Positions 20,666 to 31,902 are shown, counted from the stretch's first letter. The stretch is 64,000 nucleotides of DNA from Candidatus Oxydemutatoraceae bacterium (GCA_965219575.1 OZ244779.1:236769-300768), one strand, 5' to 3'. The notes: a model not told the origin generated them from the sequence alone. Numbers and translations are program-made.

Positions 20666-21418
20666 GGTACTTGACTAGTTTAGGGAGTACGATTTGATAA
20701 AATAACTAGTAATGACAACACCTAACAGACATTTTAGAAGGGCACATATTTCAAACAGGAAAATAAGGCAAATTGTGAGGTATTTTGCCCTTGATCTGAG
20801 TGCAACCCAAATCGCACAAGCAGCCGGGGTCAATAGAAATACCGCGAATAGATATGTCAATATAATCCGAGAAAGAATTGCACAACACTGCGAGCAGACG
20901 AGCCTATTCTCTGGCGAGGTAGAGTTCGATGAGTCCTACTTCGGTGGTCGCAAAAAGGGAGACAAAAGAGGTAGAGGTGCACCGAACAAAGTACCGGTAT
21001 TCGGCATATTAAAAAGAGATGGGAAGGTCTATACGCAGGTGATACGCAATGCTTCAAAGAGCGAGATACGACCTATTATCAAGCGTTTAGTGGGACACAG
21101 GAGTACTATATACACAGATAAATGGAGAGCTTATGACGGGTTGGTGTTGAATGGATACAAACACTACCGCATCAATCATTCAAAGACACTGGGCAGTGGT
21201 ACTAGACATATCAATGGCATTGAAAACTTCTGGGAATGGGCCAAAAGGAGATTAACAAAGTTCTGCGGCGTGTCGAGAAAACATTTCCACCTTCATCTAA
21301 AAGAATGCGAGTGGCGATTCAATCACAGACACCTTTCAGCCTCCCAAAAGTATGAGATGCTAATGAAGATGGTAAGGGATATTTGAGTGGGACTTTGTCC
21401 CTAAACTAGTCAAGTACC
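20666..21418 (+). mobile_element. IS1595-family (IS1016-like) insertion sequence, 753 bp
   Basis: 21-bp perfect TIR GGTACTTGACTAGTTTAGGGA; 8-bp TSD CTTTTTTT at 20658-20665 and 21419-21426. Confidence 0.93.
20712..21386 (+). CDS. IS1595-family DDE transposase
   Basis: VEFDESYFGG, GRG..KVPVFG, IYTD, HINGIENFW, LKECEWRFN. Confidence 0.94.
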   Translation: MTTPNRHFRRAHISNRKIRQIVRYFALDLSATQIAQAAGVNRNTANRYVNIIRERIAQHCEQTSLFSGEVEFDESYFGGRKKGDKRGRGAPNKVPVFGILKRDGKVYTQVIRNASKSEIRPIIKRLVGHRSTIYTDKWRAYDGLVLNGYKHYRINHSKTLGSGTRHINGIENFWEWAKRRLTKFCGVSRKHFHLHLKECEWRFNHRHLSASQKYEMLMKMVRDI

Positions 21419-22186
21419 CTTTTTTTTAATGTTCAGTCTTGACATTACGCTGTATGCATATTTCGAGCTAACCCATACATAATAACGCTGAAACTGTCGC
21501 ATACATAATTGTAAAGCTATATAATTTCGGGATGAAGATTCCTGAGAAACTTCAAGAGTAGAATTTTCAAAATAATTAAAACTTTCCTTAAAAACGAACT
21601 TAATATTGCAATTCATTTTTTCAAAAAACCACGCTACGCCTATTATTGAACGAAAATAATGCCCGAAGGAAATACTAGGCTCTATGACTATCTCAAAATT
21701 AAAGGTAGCATTAGACTCGTTATTATTTGTATTCGCTAATGCCGATTTATCAATGTTTCGGCAACTTTTTGATGTGTCTAATACAGAAAGATTTTGCCTG
21801 CACCATGCTTCTACTCCGCCCTCCTCTACATAAAATGTACGATAACCTAAAGCCTCTAATCTATGACAAAATGCTTCAGCACGCGCCTCGGTATAAGATA
21901 TGAGATAAACGGGTTTAGATTTATTCCACTCCGCCTCCGGATGTTGAATATGGTCTAACAATTCAAGGGGTATAAACGGGATTTCTTCTATTCTAAAGCC
22001 AATGTATTCTCTAAGCGTCCTAACATCCAGAATCGATGTTTTTCTTCTTGCATCAATTACATTTTTCAGTTCTTGTGGCGTTATTTTTTCCATGTTTGTT
22101 CTTTCACAGCCATTTAGGTTTATTTAACTTGTACTACAAGTGCTTAAGCTGAAATAATCGTAGAATATATAGGTTTTATGATAACA

Positions 22187-23407
22187 CTAAATATTCCTCA
22201 ATCGGGCGCGTATTTTTCCGTAATAGTATTTCAAAAAGCTTTGTTTTACTAATAAATGGGCTTTAGGGACACGAACAAAATTCTTGAAAAGATATTTACG
22301 ACGAAGGTGATCACCGGAATAAGGCGCAACTATTTTGACAATAGGATTGAAAAATCTGACCAAATTCGCAAACTCACCCGTTGTTTTATAAACTAGATCG
22401 GCCTTGGATAAAATTAAAAGATCTATCAAAGCATCTATTCTTTGTTGCTGGTTCGCATAACAGGCGGTCCGATGCAAATTGCGATTGTCATAAGAACGTT
22501 GAATATCCCTAGAAAAAACTCTACCGGGAAATGTCTCATTCATTCGATCGACAAACTGTGCTTGATCCGAACATACAAAAATACTACAGTTCTTAGCTAC
22601 AACTTTTTTTAGGTAAGAAATATAAGTATCTATCTCTATAAAATACCTACTTTGTGTTGTCCTATCAGTCCCACGAAAATGAATTCCGATCCAGTGAGTT
22701 TTTAGGTTGGCGCGAACCCATTCATCGGCTTGTTCTTGTATCTCTTTCTTAATTGTTAGTCTTGAAATTACGCTACATGCATGTTTCGCAGGAATCCATA
22801 AATCATAACGGTCAAATTGTCGGATAGGCAATTGCAAAGCTATATAATTCTCGGGCGAAGATTCCCGACAGAGTTGAAGAGTAGAATTTTCAAAATAATT
22901 AAAACTTTCCTTGAAAACGAACTTAATATTGCAATTCATTTTTTCAAAAAACCAAGCAGCGCCTACTATTGAACGAAAATAATGTCCCAAAGGAATAATT
23001 GGCTTTATAGCTATCTCAAAATTAAAGCTGGAATTAGGTTTGGTGCCATTTGTATTCGCCAATTCCCATTTATTGGTGTCTCGGCAACTTTTTAATGTTT
23101 TAAGATTTTGCTTACACCATGCCTCTACTCCGCCCTCCTCTATATAAAATGTACGATAGCCGTAAGCCTCCAATTTATGACAAAATGCTTTAGCACGCGC
23201 CTCGGTATAAGATATCACATAAAAAGGTTTAGATTTATCTAATCTCGCCTCCGGATGTTGAATATGGTCTAACAACTCAAGAGGTATAAACGGTACCTTT
23301 TTTATTCCCAAGTTAATATATTCCGTAAGCGTCCTAACATCTAAAACAGATAGTCTTTTACTTGTATCAATTATATTCTTCAGTTCTTGCCGGGTTATTT
23401 TCTCCAT
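22187..23407 (-). CDS. Fusion of an inactive rhodanese-like domain and a NodZ/GT23-like fucosyltransferase domain
   Basis: N-terminus resembles the neighbouring YgaP-like rhodanese; C-terminus has WIGIHFRGTD, IFVCSD, ALIDLLILSKAD. Confidence 0.72.
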   Translation of the reverse strand: MEKITRQELKNIIDTSKRLSVLDVRTLTEYINLGIKKVPFIPLELLDHIQHPEARLDKSKPFYVISYTEARAKAFCHKLEAYGYRTFYIEEGGVEAWCKQNLKTLKSCRDTNKWELANTNGTKPNSSFNFEIAIKPIIPLGHYFRSIVGAAWFFEKMNCNIKFVFKESFNYFENSTLQLCRESSPENYIALQLPIRQFDRYDLWIPAKHACSVISRLTIKKEIQEQADEWVRANLKTHWIGIHFRGTDRTTQSRYFIEIDTYISYLKKVVAKNCSIFVCSDQAQFVDRMNETFPGRVFSRDIQRSYDNRNLHRTACYANQQQRIDALIDLLILSKADLVYKTTGEFANLVRFFNPIVKIVAPYSGDHLRRKYLFKNFVRVPKAHLLVKQSFLKYYYGKIRARLRNI

Positions 23408-23418
23408 ACTTAATCTTT

Positions 23419-23595
23419 TCAAGTATCTTTGAGCACATCTGTTCGCTTACACTCGGTAGCCCTACCTTTGCATAATCCGCAGTTGATACCGCCGCAACTC
23501 CCTTTTATCGTTTTACCCGAGATCAGCAAGCCTATTGCCAGTGCCAAAGCTACAAGCATAAACACGATAAATGCAATAACAAAAGTCAACCACAT
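23419..23595 (-). CDS. nqrM: Na+-NQR maturation factor NqrM (58 aa, absent from the ORF track)
   Basis: Translated by hand: TM helix then IKGSCGGINCGLC...C, directly after apbE. Confidence 0.85.
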   Translation of the reverse strand: MWLTFVIAFIVFMLVALALAIGLLISGKTIKGSCGGINCGLCKGRATECKRTDVLKDT

Positions 23596-23616
23596 ACGAT
23601 CACTCTATAGAAACAT

Positions 23617-24678
23617 TTATTCGTGTACCAAATAATCGGTGAACCGGCTGTTCATCGTTTGTACAAATCCGTCTTCGGACTGTTCTACATAATAGATACC
23701 CAGTTGATGTTGTTCCGAAAGCCGTAGTGCTTCATCCTTGGGCAGAATAAAAAGGGCGGTTGCCCAAGCATCCGCCGCCAGTGCGCTTTCCGTAATGACG
23801 GTTACCGATGCCCCTTTGTAGACGGTTGGCATTCCACTGCGCGGGTCTATGGTATGAGAATAGCGCATGCCGTCTATCTCTATAAAATTGCGGTAGTCTC
23901 CCGAAGTTCCAACGCCGTTGCCGCGCACCTCTACGGCGCGCATGATCTCGCGCCATCCCGGAACCGGTTTTTCAACACCGACGAGCCAGGGACGCAGTGC
24001 TTTGCTAATACCGGATGCCTTCAGTTCGCCACCGACCTCGGCAAGATAATTAACCACACCGTGCGCTTCCAACAGGGTTGCCAAGCGATCTGCAGCGTAG
24101 CCTTTGGCGATTGCGGATAAATCTATGTGGAGTTCGGGCAGAGCCTTTTTTAATGCCGGCGGTTGCTTGCGCACTTGTAAATACCGAAACCCGGTAGTCG
24201 CTTTAACACGTGCAATCTCGTCCGTGCTCGGGAAGACCATCGTCTCTGTTTCATTTCCGGAGAATCCCCACAAATCAACCAGAGGCGATACCGTTATATC
24301 GAACGCACCTTGCGATAATTCACTAATCAGAAGTGCCTGTTCAACCAAAGTGGCGAATTCATCGGAAACCGGCTGCCAGCCGAGTTCGGACGATAAATTA
24401 AAACGGGTAATCTCCGAGTCCTGTTTGTAGGTAGATAGTTTTTGGTTCAGATCGGCGAGCATGTCGATGCTCTCCGTAGAGATTAAACCGAATTGTTCGT
24501 CGGAGATAGGGCTGTATAGCTTGATAGACCATGATGTTCCCATCGTTTCACCGCCGAGACGGCGTTCGTTGTGCGGTAGTTCACTGCCACAGGCAACGAG
24601 TATCAACAAGAGTGCCGTCGACAAAACGAACTTGCCGAAATGACGATAACCGGTTATCGTCAAGTTGAATACATTCAT
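23617..24678 (-). CDS. apbE: FAD:protein FMN transferase
   Basis: Lipobox [39 protein letters not shown]. Confidence 0.94.
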   Translation of the reverse strand: MNVFNLTITGYRHFGKFVLSTALLLILVACGSELPHNERRLGGETMGTSWSIKLYSPISDEQFGLISTESIDMLADLNQKLSTYKQDSEITRFNLSSELGWQPVSDEFATLVEQALLISELSQGAFDITVSPLVDLWGFSGNETETMVFPSTDEIARVKATTGFRYLQVRKQPPALKKALPELHIDLSAIAKGYAADRLATLLEAHGVVNYLAEVGGELKASGISKALRPWLVGVEKPVPGWREIMRAVEVRGNGVGTSGDYRNFIEIDGMRYSHTIDPRSGMPTVYKGASVTVITESALAADAWATALFILPKDEALRLSEQHQLGIYYVEQSEDGFVQTMNSRFTDYLVHE

Positions 24679-25895
24679 CCGCCGAAATCGTCGAAGAGAA
24701 TATTATCGTCTTCGACACCCAATCGGTGTAGCATTTCTGTCACTGCGGTATTCATCATCGGCGGACCGCAAATATAGTACTCGCAATCCTCGGGGGCTTC
24801 GTGTTTCCCCAGATAATTATCGTACAACACTTGGTGTATAAAACCGGTGTAGCCCTGCCACCGATCTTCCGGTTGCGGATCCGATAGCGCAAGGTGCCAT
24901 TCAAAGTTGTCGAACTGTTTTTGCAGAGTGTCAAAATCTTCTATAAAAAAGGCTTCTCTATAACTACGCGCGCCGTACCAAAAGCTAATTTTACGCCGGT
25001 CGTTGTGTAGTCGTTTTAGCTGATCGAATATATGAGAGCGCATAGGTGCCATACCTGCGCCACCGCCGATAAAAATCATTTCGTTCGAAGTGTCTTTGGC
25101 AAAGAAGTCACCGAAGGGACCGGAAATTTTAACCGTGTCGCCGGGCTTCAAGGAAAACAAATAAGACGACATAATGCCGGGTGCAAAATCGCTCTTCGGC
25201 GGTGGTGTGGCAATACGCACATTCAACATAATCATGCCTTTCTCTTCGGGATAGTTCGCCATCGAATACGCGCGAGAGACCGCCTCTTTGGTCTCCGATT
25301 CGTACTGCCATAGATTAAAATTATCCCACGCATCTCTGAATTCGGTGTTGATATCAAAATCCGAAAAACAAACTCGGTGCGGTGGACATTCTATCTGTAT
25401 ATAACCGCCGGCGCGAAAATCTACAACCTCACCCTCGGGAAGCTCTAGAACTAAATTCTTAATAAAGGTTGCGACATTCTCGTTAGATCTTACTTTGCAC
25501 AACCATTGTTTGCATCCGAAGACTTCGGGCAACAACTCCAGCCGTATATCTTGCTTAACCGTCAACTGGCACGATAGCCTATAGCCTTCGTGTTGTTCTC
25601 GCTTGTTGATATAGGTTTCCTCGGTAGGTAAAATCGCACCGCCGCCGGCCAACACCTTGACGCGGCATTGACCGCAAGTGCCACCGCCGCCGCAAGCCGA
25701 AGATACGAATAAACCGTTGTTCGCAAGTGCCGGAAGCAACTTACTACCGACTTGCGCATTCAATTCGCGCTCGTCGTTCACCGTTAGCTTGACATTACCG
25801 GTCGACACCAACAAGCCGCGTGCAAAGCGGATAATCAGCACCTGCATCAAAACGATAGCGACAAAAAAACCTACACCTAAACTAATCTCCAACAT
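24675..25895 (-). CDS. nqrF: Na+-NQR subunit F
   Basis: [41 protein letters not shown]. Confidence 0.97.
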   Translation of the reverse strand: MLEISLGVGFFVAIVLMQVLIIRFARGLLVSTGNVKLTVNDERELNAQVGSKLLPALANNGLFVSSACGGGGTCGQCRVKVLAGGGAILPTEETYINKREQHEGYRLSCQLTVKQDIRLELLPEVFGCKQWLCKVRSNENVATFIKNLVLELPEGEVVDFRAGGYIQIECPPHRVCFSDFDINTEFRDAWDNFNLWQYESETKEAVSRAYSMANYPEEKGMIMLNVRIATPPPKSDFAPGIMSSYLFSLKPGDTVKISGPFGDFFAKDTSNEMIFIGGGAGMAPMRSHIFDQLKRLHNDRRKISFWYGARSYREAFFIEDFDTLQKQFDNFEWHLALSDPQPEDRWQGYTGFIHQVLYDNYLGKHEAPEDCEYYICGPPMMNTAVTEMLHRLGVEDDNILFDDFGG

Positions 25896-25908
25896 TTCTA
25901 TACTCCAA

Positions 25909-26517
25909 CTATAATTGTATACCGGAAAACGCCATAAAGCCCAGCGACATCAAACCCACGGTAATAAAGGTAATACCCAAACCACGCAAGCCTTCCGGTA
26001 CATCGCTGTACTTGAGCTTCTCACGGATGCCGGCAAGCGCGATAATCGCCAATGCCCATCCCAGCCCGCTACCGAAACCATAAATTACGCTCTCGTTGAA
26101 ATCGTAGCTTCGTTCAACCATAAAAAGCGAACCACCGAGGATCGCGCAGTTCACCGTGATCAACGGCAGAAAAATGCCCAGTGCATTATATAGCACCGGC
26201 ACAAAACGATCCAAAAACATCTCTAGTATCTGTACCACTGCAGCGATGATACCGATATAGCTGATGAAACCCAAAAACGACAGGTCTATCTCAGGTAAAC
26301 CCGCCCACGCTAGCGCACCCTTCTTCAGTACGAATTGGTAAATCAAATTATTGACGGGCACGGTCAGACTCTGCACGACAATCACCGCAATCCCTAAACC
26401 GATAGCATTTTCCATTTTCTTGGAGATAGCAAGAAAAGTGCACATGCCCAAAAAGAAAGCGAGTGCCAGATTTTCTATAAAGACGGCTCTGATTAATAAC
26501 GATAACTGCGCTTCCAT
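25909..26517 (-). CDS. nqrE: Na+-NQR subunit E
   Basis: [26 protein letters not shown]. Confidence 0.96.
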   Translation of the reverse strand: MEAQLSLLIRAVFIENLALAFFLGMCTFLAISKKMENAIGLGIAVIVVQSLTVPVNNLIYQFVLKKGALAWAGLPEIDLSFLGFISYIGIIAAVVQILEMFLDRFVPVLYNALGIFLPLITVNCAILGGSLFMVERSYDFNESVIYGFGSGLGWALAIIALAGIREKLKYSDVPEGLRGLGITFITVGLMSLGFMAFSGIQL

Positions 26518-26519
26518 GA

Positions 26520-27176
26520 CTAAGCGGGTTTTGCGGTTTGTATCCTGAACTCGGCTTGTTCTACTTGTATCGGGCGATAAGCCCGTATAACCCAAATCAT
26601 CAAACCGATAATGAAAAAAGCACTCGGCGGTAACAGCAACAAGCCGTTGGGTTGATACCACCCACCTTCCGATAACGGTACTAGCACCGGATAACCTAAT
26701 AAAGTGCCTGATCCGAATAACTCTCGGATTGTGCCGACCACGATCAAAACAAAACTATATCCCAAACCGTTCCCCAAACCGTCCATAAAGCTCTCGGCAA
26801 CCGGGCTTTTCATTGCAAAAGCCTCGGCACGCCCCAACACGATACAGTTGGTGATGATCAACCCGACGAAGACCGATAGCGATTTGCTAGCCTCGTAAGC
26901 ATAGCCTTTGAGTATTTGATCTACCAAAATAACCAGCGACGCAATAATCGTCATTTGTATGATGATGCGTACATTGGTCGGGACATGGTTTCGGATCATG
27001 CTGATCGAACTATTGGATAATGCCAATACCGAGGTCAATGCCAGACACATAATCAGCGATGCCGCCAGGGTTGTGGTTACCGCCAACGCCGAACAAATAC
27101 CGAGTATTTGTAAAGTGATCGGGTTGTTATCAACCAGCGGATCTACCAGAACTTTTTTGCCTTGTTGCCATTCCAT
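26520..27176 (-). CDS. nqrD: Na+-NQR subunit D
   Basis: [27 protein letters not shown]. Confidence 0.96.
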   Translation of the reverse strand: MEWQQGKKVLVDPLVDNNPITLQILGICSALAVTTTLAASLIMCLALTSVLALSNSSISMIRNHVPTNVRIIIQMTIIASLVILVDQILKGYAYEASKSLSVFVGLIITNCIVLGRAEAFAMKSPVAESFMDGLGNGLGYSFVLIVVGTIRELFGSGTLLGYPVLVPLSEGGWYQPNGLLLLPPSAFFIIGLMIWVIRAYRPIQVEQAEFRIQTAKPA

Positions 27177-27933
27177 AAAACTGTTTCTCTAAAAATTTTC
27201 TATAACCCATTTGTCCGAACCAAAAGTCTATCATGTAATCGACACCTAATCCGGTCAAAGTGGCACCCGATAATCCGTCTACTTTGTAAGAGGAGAGCGG
27301 GTCGCGTTGACTCACTTGACCCTTGACTACGGATAACTGGGGTTCGGAACCTGTTGCATAGATTTTTTTACCTTGCCACAGTGCCCGCCATTTGGGGTCG
27401 TCGACTCGCCCGCCCAGTCCGGGTGTCTCGGCGTGTTGATAAAATTGTAAGGCATACACCGTGTTGGCATCGGCTTCCAGTGTAATAAACCCGTACAACA
27501 CAGACCACAAACCATAACCATAAATAGGTAACACTATTTTATCCGGTTTGCCCTCGGAAGATATCAAGTAAATTTTGGCATAGCGGGGCAGGTAGCTTAT
27601 TCCGGCGATATCGTCCGCTTTGGACAACGGTGTACCGAAGTCGGGGGTACGCGCTGCCGAGACCATATCGAAATTGTCGGGTTCGGGAGAGTCTACATAG
27701 ACACCCTCGCTAAGATCTATTACTCTCGTCTGCACCTCTGCGAACTGTTCTTCGACGGGAACACCGGGGCGGTAGATACCGGCAACTTGCAGAACACTAA
27801 CATTGAGCGCATTTTTTTTATTTTTCTCCTGCAACGGTGATAAAACAACCGCTGCGGTGGAAACAACCAACGAGCACAGCAAGCATAAGCCGATCGTAAC
27901 CATCAGCGTTTTGGTCAAAGTATCATTGTGCAT
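27130..27933 (-). CDS. nqrC: Na+-NQR subunit C
   Basis: [23 protein letters not shown] flavinylation motif. Confidence 0.96.
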   Translation of the reverse strand: MHNDTLTKTLMVTIGLCLLCSLVVSTAAVVLSPLQEKNKKNALNVSVLQVAGIYRPGVPVEEQFAEVQTRVIDLSEGVYVDSPEPDNFDMVSAARTPDFGTPLSKADDIAGISYLPRYAKIYLISSEGKPDKIVLPIYGYGLWSVLYGFITLEADANTVYALQFYQHAETPGLGGRVDDPKWRALWQGKKIYATGSEPQLSVVKGQVSQRDPLSSYKVDGLSGATLTGLGVDYMIDFWFGQMGYRKFLEKQFYGMATRQKSSGRSAG

Positions 27934-29137
27934 AACGTCTCAGCCTGCGGTGGGTATGTAAGCGAACTACACAATAATCTATCGTCGGCGCAAAGATGTT
28001 GGCGAACAAAATCGCCAGCATCATGCCTTCCGGAAAAGCGGGGTTAATTACGCGTATCAGCACTACCATAAAACCAATCAATAAACCAAAAATCCAGCGG
28101 CCGGCTTGGGTACCTGCAGCAGACACTGGGTCGGTTGCCATGTATATCATGCCGAATGCAAACCCGCCCAACACCAAATGCCAATGCCACGGCATAGAAA
28201 ACATCGGATTCGTCGTACTGCCTATCCAATTAAACAATAGCGAAGTCAGCACCATGCCGAGAAATACACCTAATATGATACGCCATGACGCAATCCTTGT
28301 ATAGACCAAAAAAATTCCGCCCAACAAACAAGCTAGGGTCGAAGTCTCGCCGAGCGATCCCGGCAACAAACCTAAAAAGGCTTGCCACCAAGTATATCCT
28401 TGTGCAATGGCACCCTCCAAGCCGGCGGTTGCGGCAATACCCAAAGGCGTTGCATAGCTATAACCGTCTACCGCCACCCATACTTCATCGCCCGACATAA
28501 AAGCCGGATAGGCAAAATAAAGAAAGGCGCGCCCGGTCAATGCCGGGTTGAGAAAATTTTTGCCAGTACCGCCGAAAACTTCTTTACCTATCACCACGCC
28601 GAAAGAGATACCCAAGGCAACCATCCATAAGGGAATATCCGGCGGCATGGTTAGTGTATAAAGCATCGAGGTCACCAGAAATCCCTCGTTGACCTCGTGC
28701 CTGCGCACCGTCGCAAATAATACTTCCCATAATCCGCCGGCGATTATCGTCACCAAATATACCGGCAGAAAATGCAAAAATCCTAACCACAAACAAGCCA
28801 AAACATTGCTCGGGTCGTAAGGGATGCCGAATTGTGTCGTCAACGCACCTCGCCACCCCGATAACACCTGCTGATTGAGTTCGAGCAATGCGAGGTTCGC
28901 TTGATAGCCGGTATTAAACCAAGACATAAACACACAAGGTAATGTTGCCAACACGACATAGCTCATCACCCGCTTGATATCGATGCCGTCGCGTATATGC
29001 GGCGCACATTGTGTAGTTTCCTTGGTCCAATACAAAAAAGTATCGACCATCTCGTAAATCGGATAGTATTTATGAAGCCGCCCGCCTTCTTCAAACAAAG
29101 GCTGACGCGATCCGAGCCAACTTCTAAAGCGTGCCAT
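27923..29137 (-). CDS. nqrB: Na+-NQR subunit B
   Basis: KEVFGGTGKNFLNPAL, DGYSYATPL, MATDPVS; start coupled to the nqrA stop. Confidence 0.96.
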   Translation of the reverse strand: MARFRSWLGSRQPLFEEGGRLHKYYPIYEMVDTFLYWTKETTQCAPHIRDGIDIKRVMSYVVLATLPCVFMSWFNTGYQANLALLELNQQVLSGWRGALTTQFGIPYDPSNVLACLWLGFLHFLPVYLVTIIAGGLWEVLFATVRRHEVNEGFLVTSMLYTLTMPPDIPLWMVALGISFGVVIGKEVFGGTGKNFLNPALTGRAFLYFAYPAFMSGDEVWVAVDGYSYATPLGIAATAGLEGAIAQGYTWWQAFLGLLPGSLGETSTLACLLGGIFLVYTRIASWRIILGVFLGMVLTSLLFNWIGSTTNPMFSMPWHWHLVLGGFAFGMIYMATDPVSAAGTQAGRWIFGLLIGFMVVLIRVINPAFPEGMMLAILFANIFAPTIDYCVVRLHTHRRLRRYAQ

Positions 29138-30498
29138 TATCCTTCCTGCTTGATTTTTTCCAAGTTCCGACGCAATATAGGACCTAAATCGTGCTTGCCG
29201 GGGCAGACATAAGAACATAAAGCCAAATCTTCTTCGTCGAGTTCCAGACACCCCAGTTGTTGCGATGTGTCGGTATCCATAACCAATAGCGATTTAATCA
29301 GTTGGGTTGCCAATAAGTCCAACGGCATTACACGTTCGTAAAGTGCTATAGGAACTACTGCGCGCTTGCTACCGTTTTGCATGCATGTAAAAGACCATTT
29401 GGGTTTGTCCTTTCCGAACGACGACAACGGGAACGCTCGGGTGATTGAAAATAAATTGAGACCCGGACGCAGCCACGCCAGCGAAGGTGTCTGCGCTTGT
29501 CGGGGTAAAACCGAAACTTGTAACTCAAAGGCACCTAGATATGCGGTTTCTTCGACAATATCGGAGCCGTCCAACGGCGAACCTGCGATGATGCGCACTG
29601 CGTCGGTATTCAATTCTCCACTACATATATCGTGCAACGGAGTGCCGATCTGCACCCGTAACAGACGCGGATTCTTAACCGCAGGGCCGGCAAAAGAAAT
29701 AACCCGATGCGCCGGATAGGTGCCGGTTAAAAACAACTCGCCTATTGCGATGACATCTTGATAACCTATTCCCCATACGGTTTTATCGCCGTGAATGGGA
29801 TCTAAAAAATGTATATGCGTTCCTAATAAACCGGCAGGATGCGGTCCGGAGAATTCTACCCGCTTTAGCTGTTGATCCTCCGGCACGGTGATTTTGGAAC
29901 CTTCGCCGACACAAACATATATCGTGTTGTCTCCCAACCGCGAGAGTATCTTTAATCCGGCATCGAAGTATCGCGATTGCTCCTCGGTGGCGGCGATTAC
30001 CACTTGCGGGTCGGCAGCGAGCGGACGACTGTCCATTGCGGTTACAAAAATAGAATGCGGGGTGCTGTCGGGTTCCGGGGCTTCGCTGTAGGGACGGGTA
30101 CGCAAGGTTGTCCATAAACCCGAGGTCAATAGCTGGTTTTGTACTTGCGCCCTATCCAGCGATATCAATTGATCTTCGGCGAATTTATCAAATTGTCTAT
30201 TGCGTTGACCCTCAACGCGTATCACCACCGATAAAAGTTTGCGTCGCTCGCCACGATGAATCGCTTCTACAACGCCGCTCACCGGCGAGGTATAGCAAAC
30301 GCCCGGTAAAACTTTATTTTCTACCAACACCTGACCTTTTGCCACCTCATCATCTACCGACACATTCAGATGTGGTTTTAGATTATGATAAGCCCTAAAT
30401 ACCACTGCGACACGCGAGGGCGGAGCACAGTCTTCTATGCGCTGTTCGGGTTCACCCGATAGCGGAATATCCAAACCTTTTTTGACTTGAATTAACAT
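29137..30498 (-). CDS. nqrA: Na+-NQR subunit A
   Basis: KKGLDIP, GPHPAG, ELDEEDLALCSYVCPGK. Confidence 0.96.
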   Translation of the reverse strand: MLIQVKKGLDIPLSGEPEQRIEDCAPPSRVAVVFRAYHNLKPHLNVSVDDEVAKGQVLVENKVLPGVCYTSPVSGVVEAIHRGERRKLLSVVIRVEGQRNRQFDKFAEDQLISLDRAQVQNQLLTSGLWTTLRTRPYSEAPEPDSTPHSIFVTAMDSRPLAADPQVVIAATEEQSRYFDAGLKILSRLGDNTIYVCVGEGSKITVPEDQQLKRVEFSGPHPAGLLGTHIHFLDPIHGDKTVWGIGYQDVIAIGELFLTGTYPAHRVISFAGPAVKNPRLLRVQIGTPLHDICSGELNTDAVRIIAGSPLDGSDIVEETAYLGAFELQVSVLPRQAQTPSLAWLRPGLNLFSITRAFPLSSFGKDKPKWSFTCMQNGSKRAVVPIALYERVMPLDLLATQLIKSLLVMDTDTSQQLGCLELDEEDLALCSYVCPGKHDLGPILRRNLEKIKQEG

Positions 30499-30634
30499 AC
30501 CAATAATCTATGAATACTAAAAACTATGTTCATGGTGTCGGGATAGTTGATTTATGCCTATATTTCGTTGCTTACGGCTTTGAACAACATAATGCATATT
30601 CACTAGTGCCTATAATACACGATATAAGAAAAAT

Positions 30635-31902
30635 GGGAATTATATAGGTAACTTGACAGACTTTGAACCTGCCTTGCCCACCCTATCTTTTTGACGCTTC
30701 ATTGACCGACTTGTGTTGCCACTGTCGCCGTCTCCACATCCGGTTGCGGTACTCCCAGCCGCCAAAATGTTTAATGCAGCATTTACATCCGCATTGTCCT
30801 CGTGTCCGCAATGCCGACACTTAAAAATTGATCGGGTCTTACGGTTTGCTTTATTTACGCTTCCGCATTGATTAAAGGTTTGACTCGTATAGGCCGGATT
30901 GACCTTTTCTGTACAGGCCTTGTAGCTTAAGCATTGCTCCAGTTTATACCAGCCACTCTTTAGTATCTCCCTGTTCAGACCCGACTTTGCCTTCACATTC
31001 TTACCCGGATTGTCTATCGTCCCCTTCGCCGACTTCGTCATGCCTGCCGTACTCAATCCTTCCATATACACAATGTCGTACTGGTCTGCTATTAACCGGC
31101 TGGTTTGATGACACCAATTCGCCCTCGCAAACCGCTCCGCTTGATACGCTTTCTGCAATCTATACTTCGCTAGCTTTCGTCTATTACTACCTTTAACCCG
31201 TCTAGCAACCATTCGCTGATAACGCCTACGCCTTGCCTCCTTACGCTTTAAGTCGGGTAAGTGATACATCGTTCCGTCCGACAATGCGACCTGACCACAA
31301 TTCCTATCTAGTCCTACCGTTGCCACCGGATGCGACCTGCCAGGCACTTCCACTTCATAGGTGATATACGCATACCATTTACCACATTCATACTTGACTT
31401 GACCGCATACAAACTTCTCACCTTGATACCTATCGCCACCGGCAAACTTTATCCAGCCTACCTTCTGTATATACAAGTGACAACCCGATATCTTTGCCGA
31501 TTGATAATTGATCGGGAATGACGGGCTATGCGTATATTTGCCGTGAAACTTCGGCAATCCGTTGTTGCCCTTGAAAAATCCTTTGTATGCTATCTCTATC
31601 CGTTGTAATGACGATTTGACGATATAAGCGGAATAACTTTGCAACCACGGGTCGCAATACTTTCGCAATGTCGTAAATTGCTTGCCTAGGGTGAAGAAGT
31701 TAAACCGGCTCTCGCCGTAATACTCGTATTCGTCCTTCAGCTTAGCTACAAAGTGATTCCAGACATAGCGGCATGCGCCTGCCGTGCCATGTAATTGCCG
31801 GTGTTTTTTCTGTGTCGCCGGGTATAAATGGTATCTAATTGTTCTATGGGTTTGCATTGATATAATTTAACATTCCTTTGTCAAGTTAACTATATAATTC
31901 CC
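30635..31902 (-). mobile_element. Non-autonomous TIR-bounded element carrying only tnpB (1268 bp)
   Basis: 24-bp TIR GGGAATTATATAG(G/T)TAACTTGACA at 30635-30658 and 31879-31902 (one mismatch); 8-bp direct repeat AGAAAAAT at 30627-30634 and 31903-31910. Confidence 0.9.
30640..31857 (-). CDS. tnpB: RNA-guided endonuclease TnpB
   Basis: CRYVWN, RuvC motifs VGLD, VYMEGL and ADVNAALNI; AKSGLNR; zinc finger SQTFNQC...CRHC. Confidence 0.93.
   Translation of the reverse strand: MQTHRTIRYHLYPATQKKHRQLHGTAGACRYVWNHFVAKLKDEYEYYGESRFNFFTLGKQFTTLRKYCDPWLQSYSAYIVKSSLQRIEIAYKGFFKGNNGLPKFHGKYTHSPSFPINYQSAKISGCHLYIQKVGWIKFAGGDRYQGEKFVCGQVKYECGKWYAYITYEVEVPGRSHPVATVGLDRNCGQVALSDGTMYHLPDLKRKEARRRRYQRMVARRVKGSNRRKLAKYRLQKAYQAERFARANWCHQTSRLIADQYDIVYMEGLSTAGMTKSAKGTIDNPGKNVKAKSGLNREILKSGWYKLEQCLSYKACTEKVNPAYTSQTFNQCGSVNKANRKTRSIFKCRHCGHEDNADVNAALNILAAGSTATGCGDGDSGNTSRSMKRQKDRVGKAGSKSVKLPI

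Larger units (their letters stand above)
20100..22093 (-). pseudogene. Rhodanese-like + NodZ/fucosyltransferase-like gene interrupted by an IS1595-family element
   Basis: Removing the IS and one TSD restores the frame ...NIKKKIQKQADEWV...GVHFRGTD..., colinear with the paralog at 22187-23407. Confidence 0.9.
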
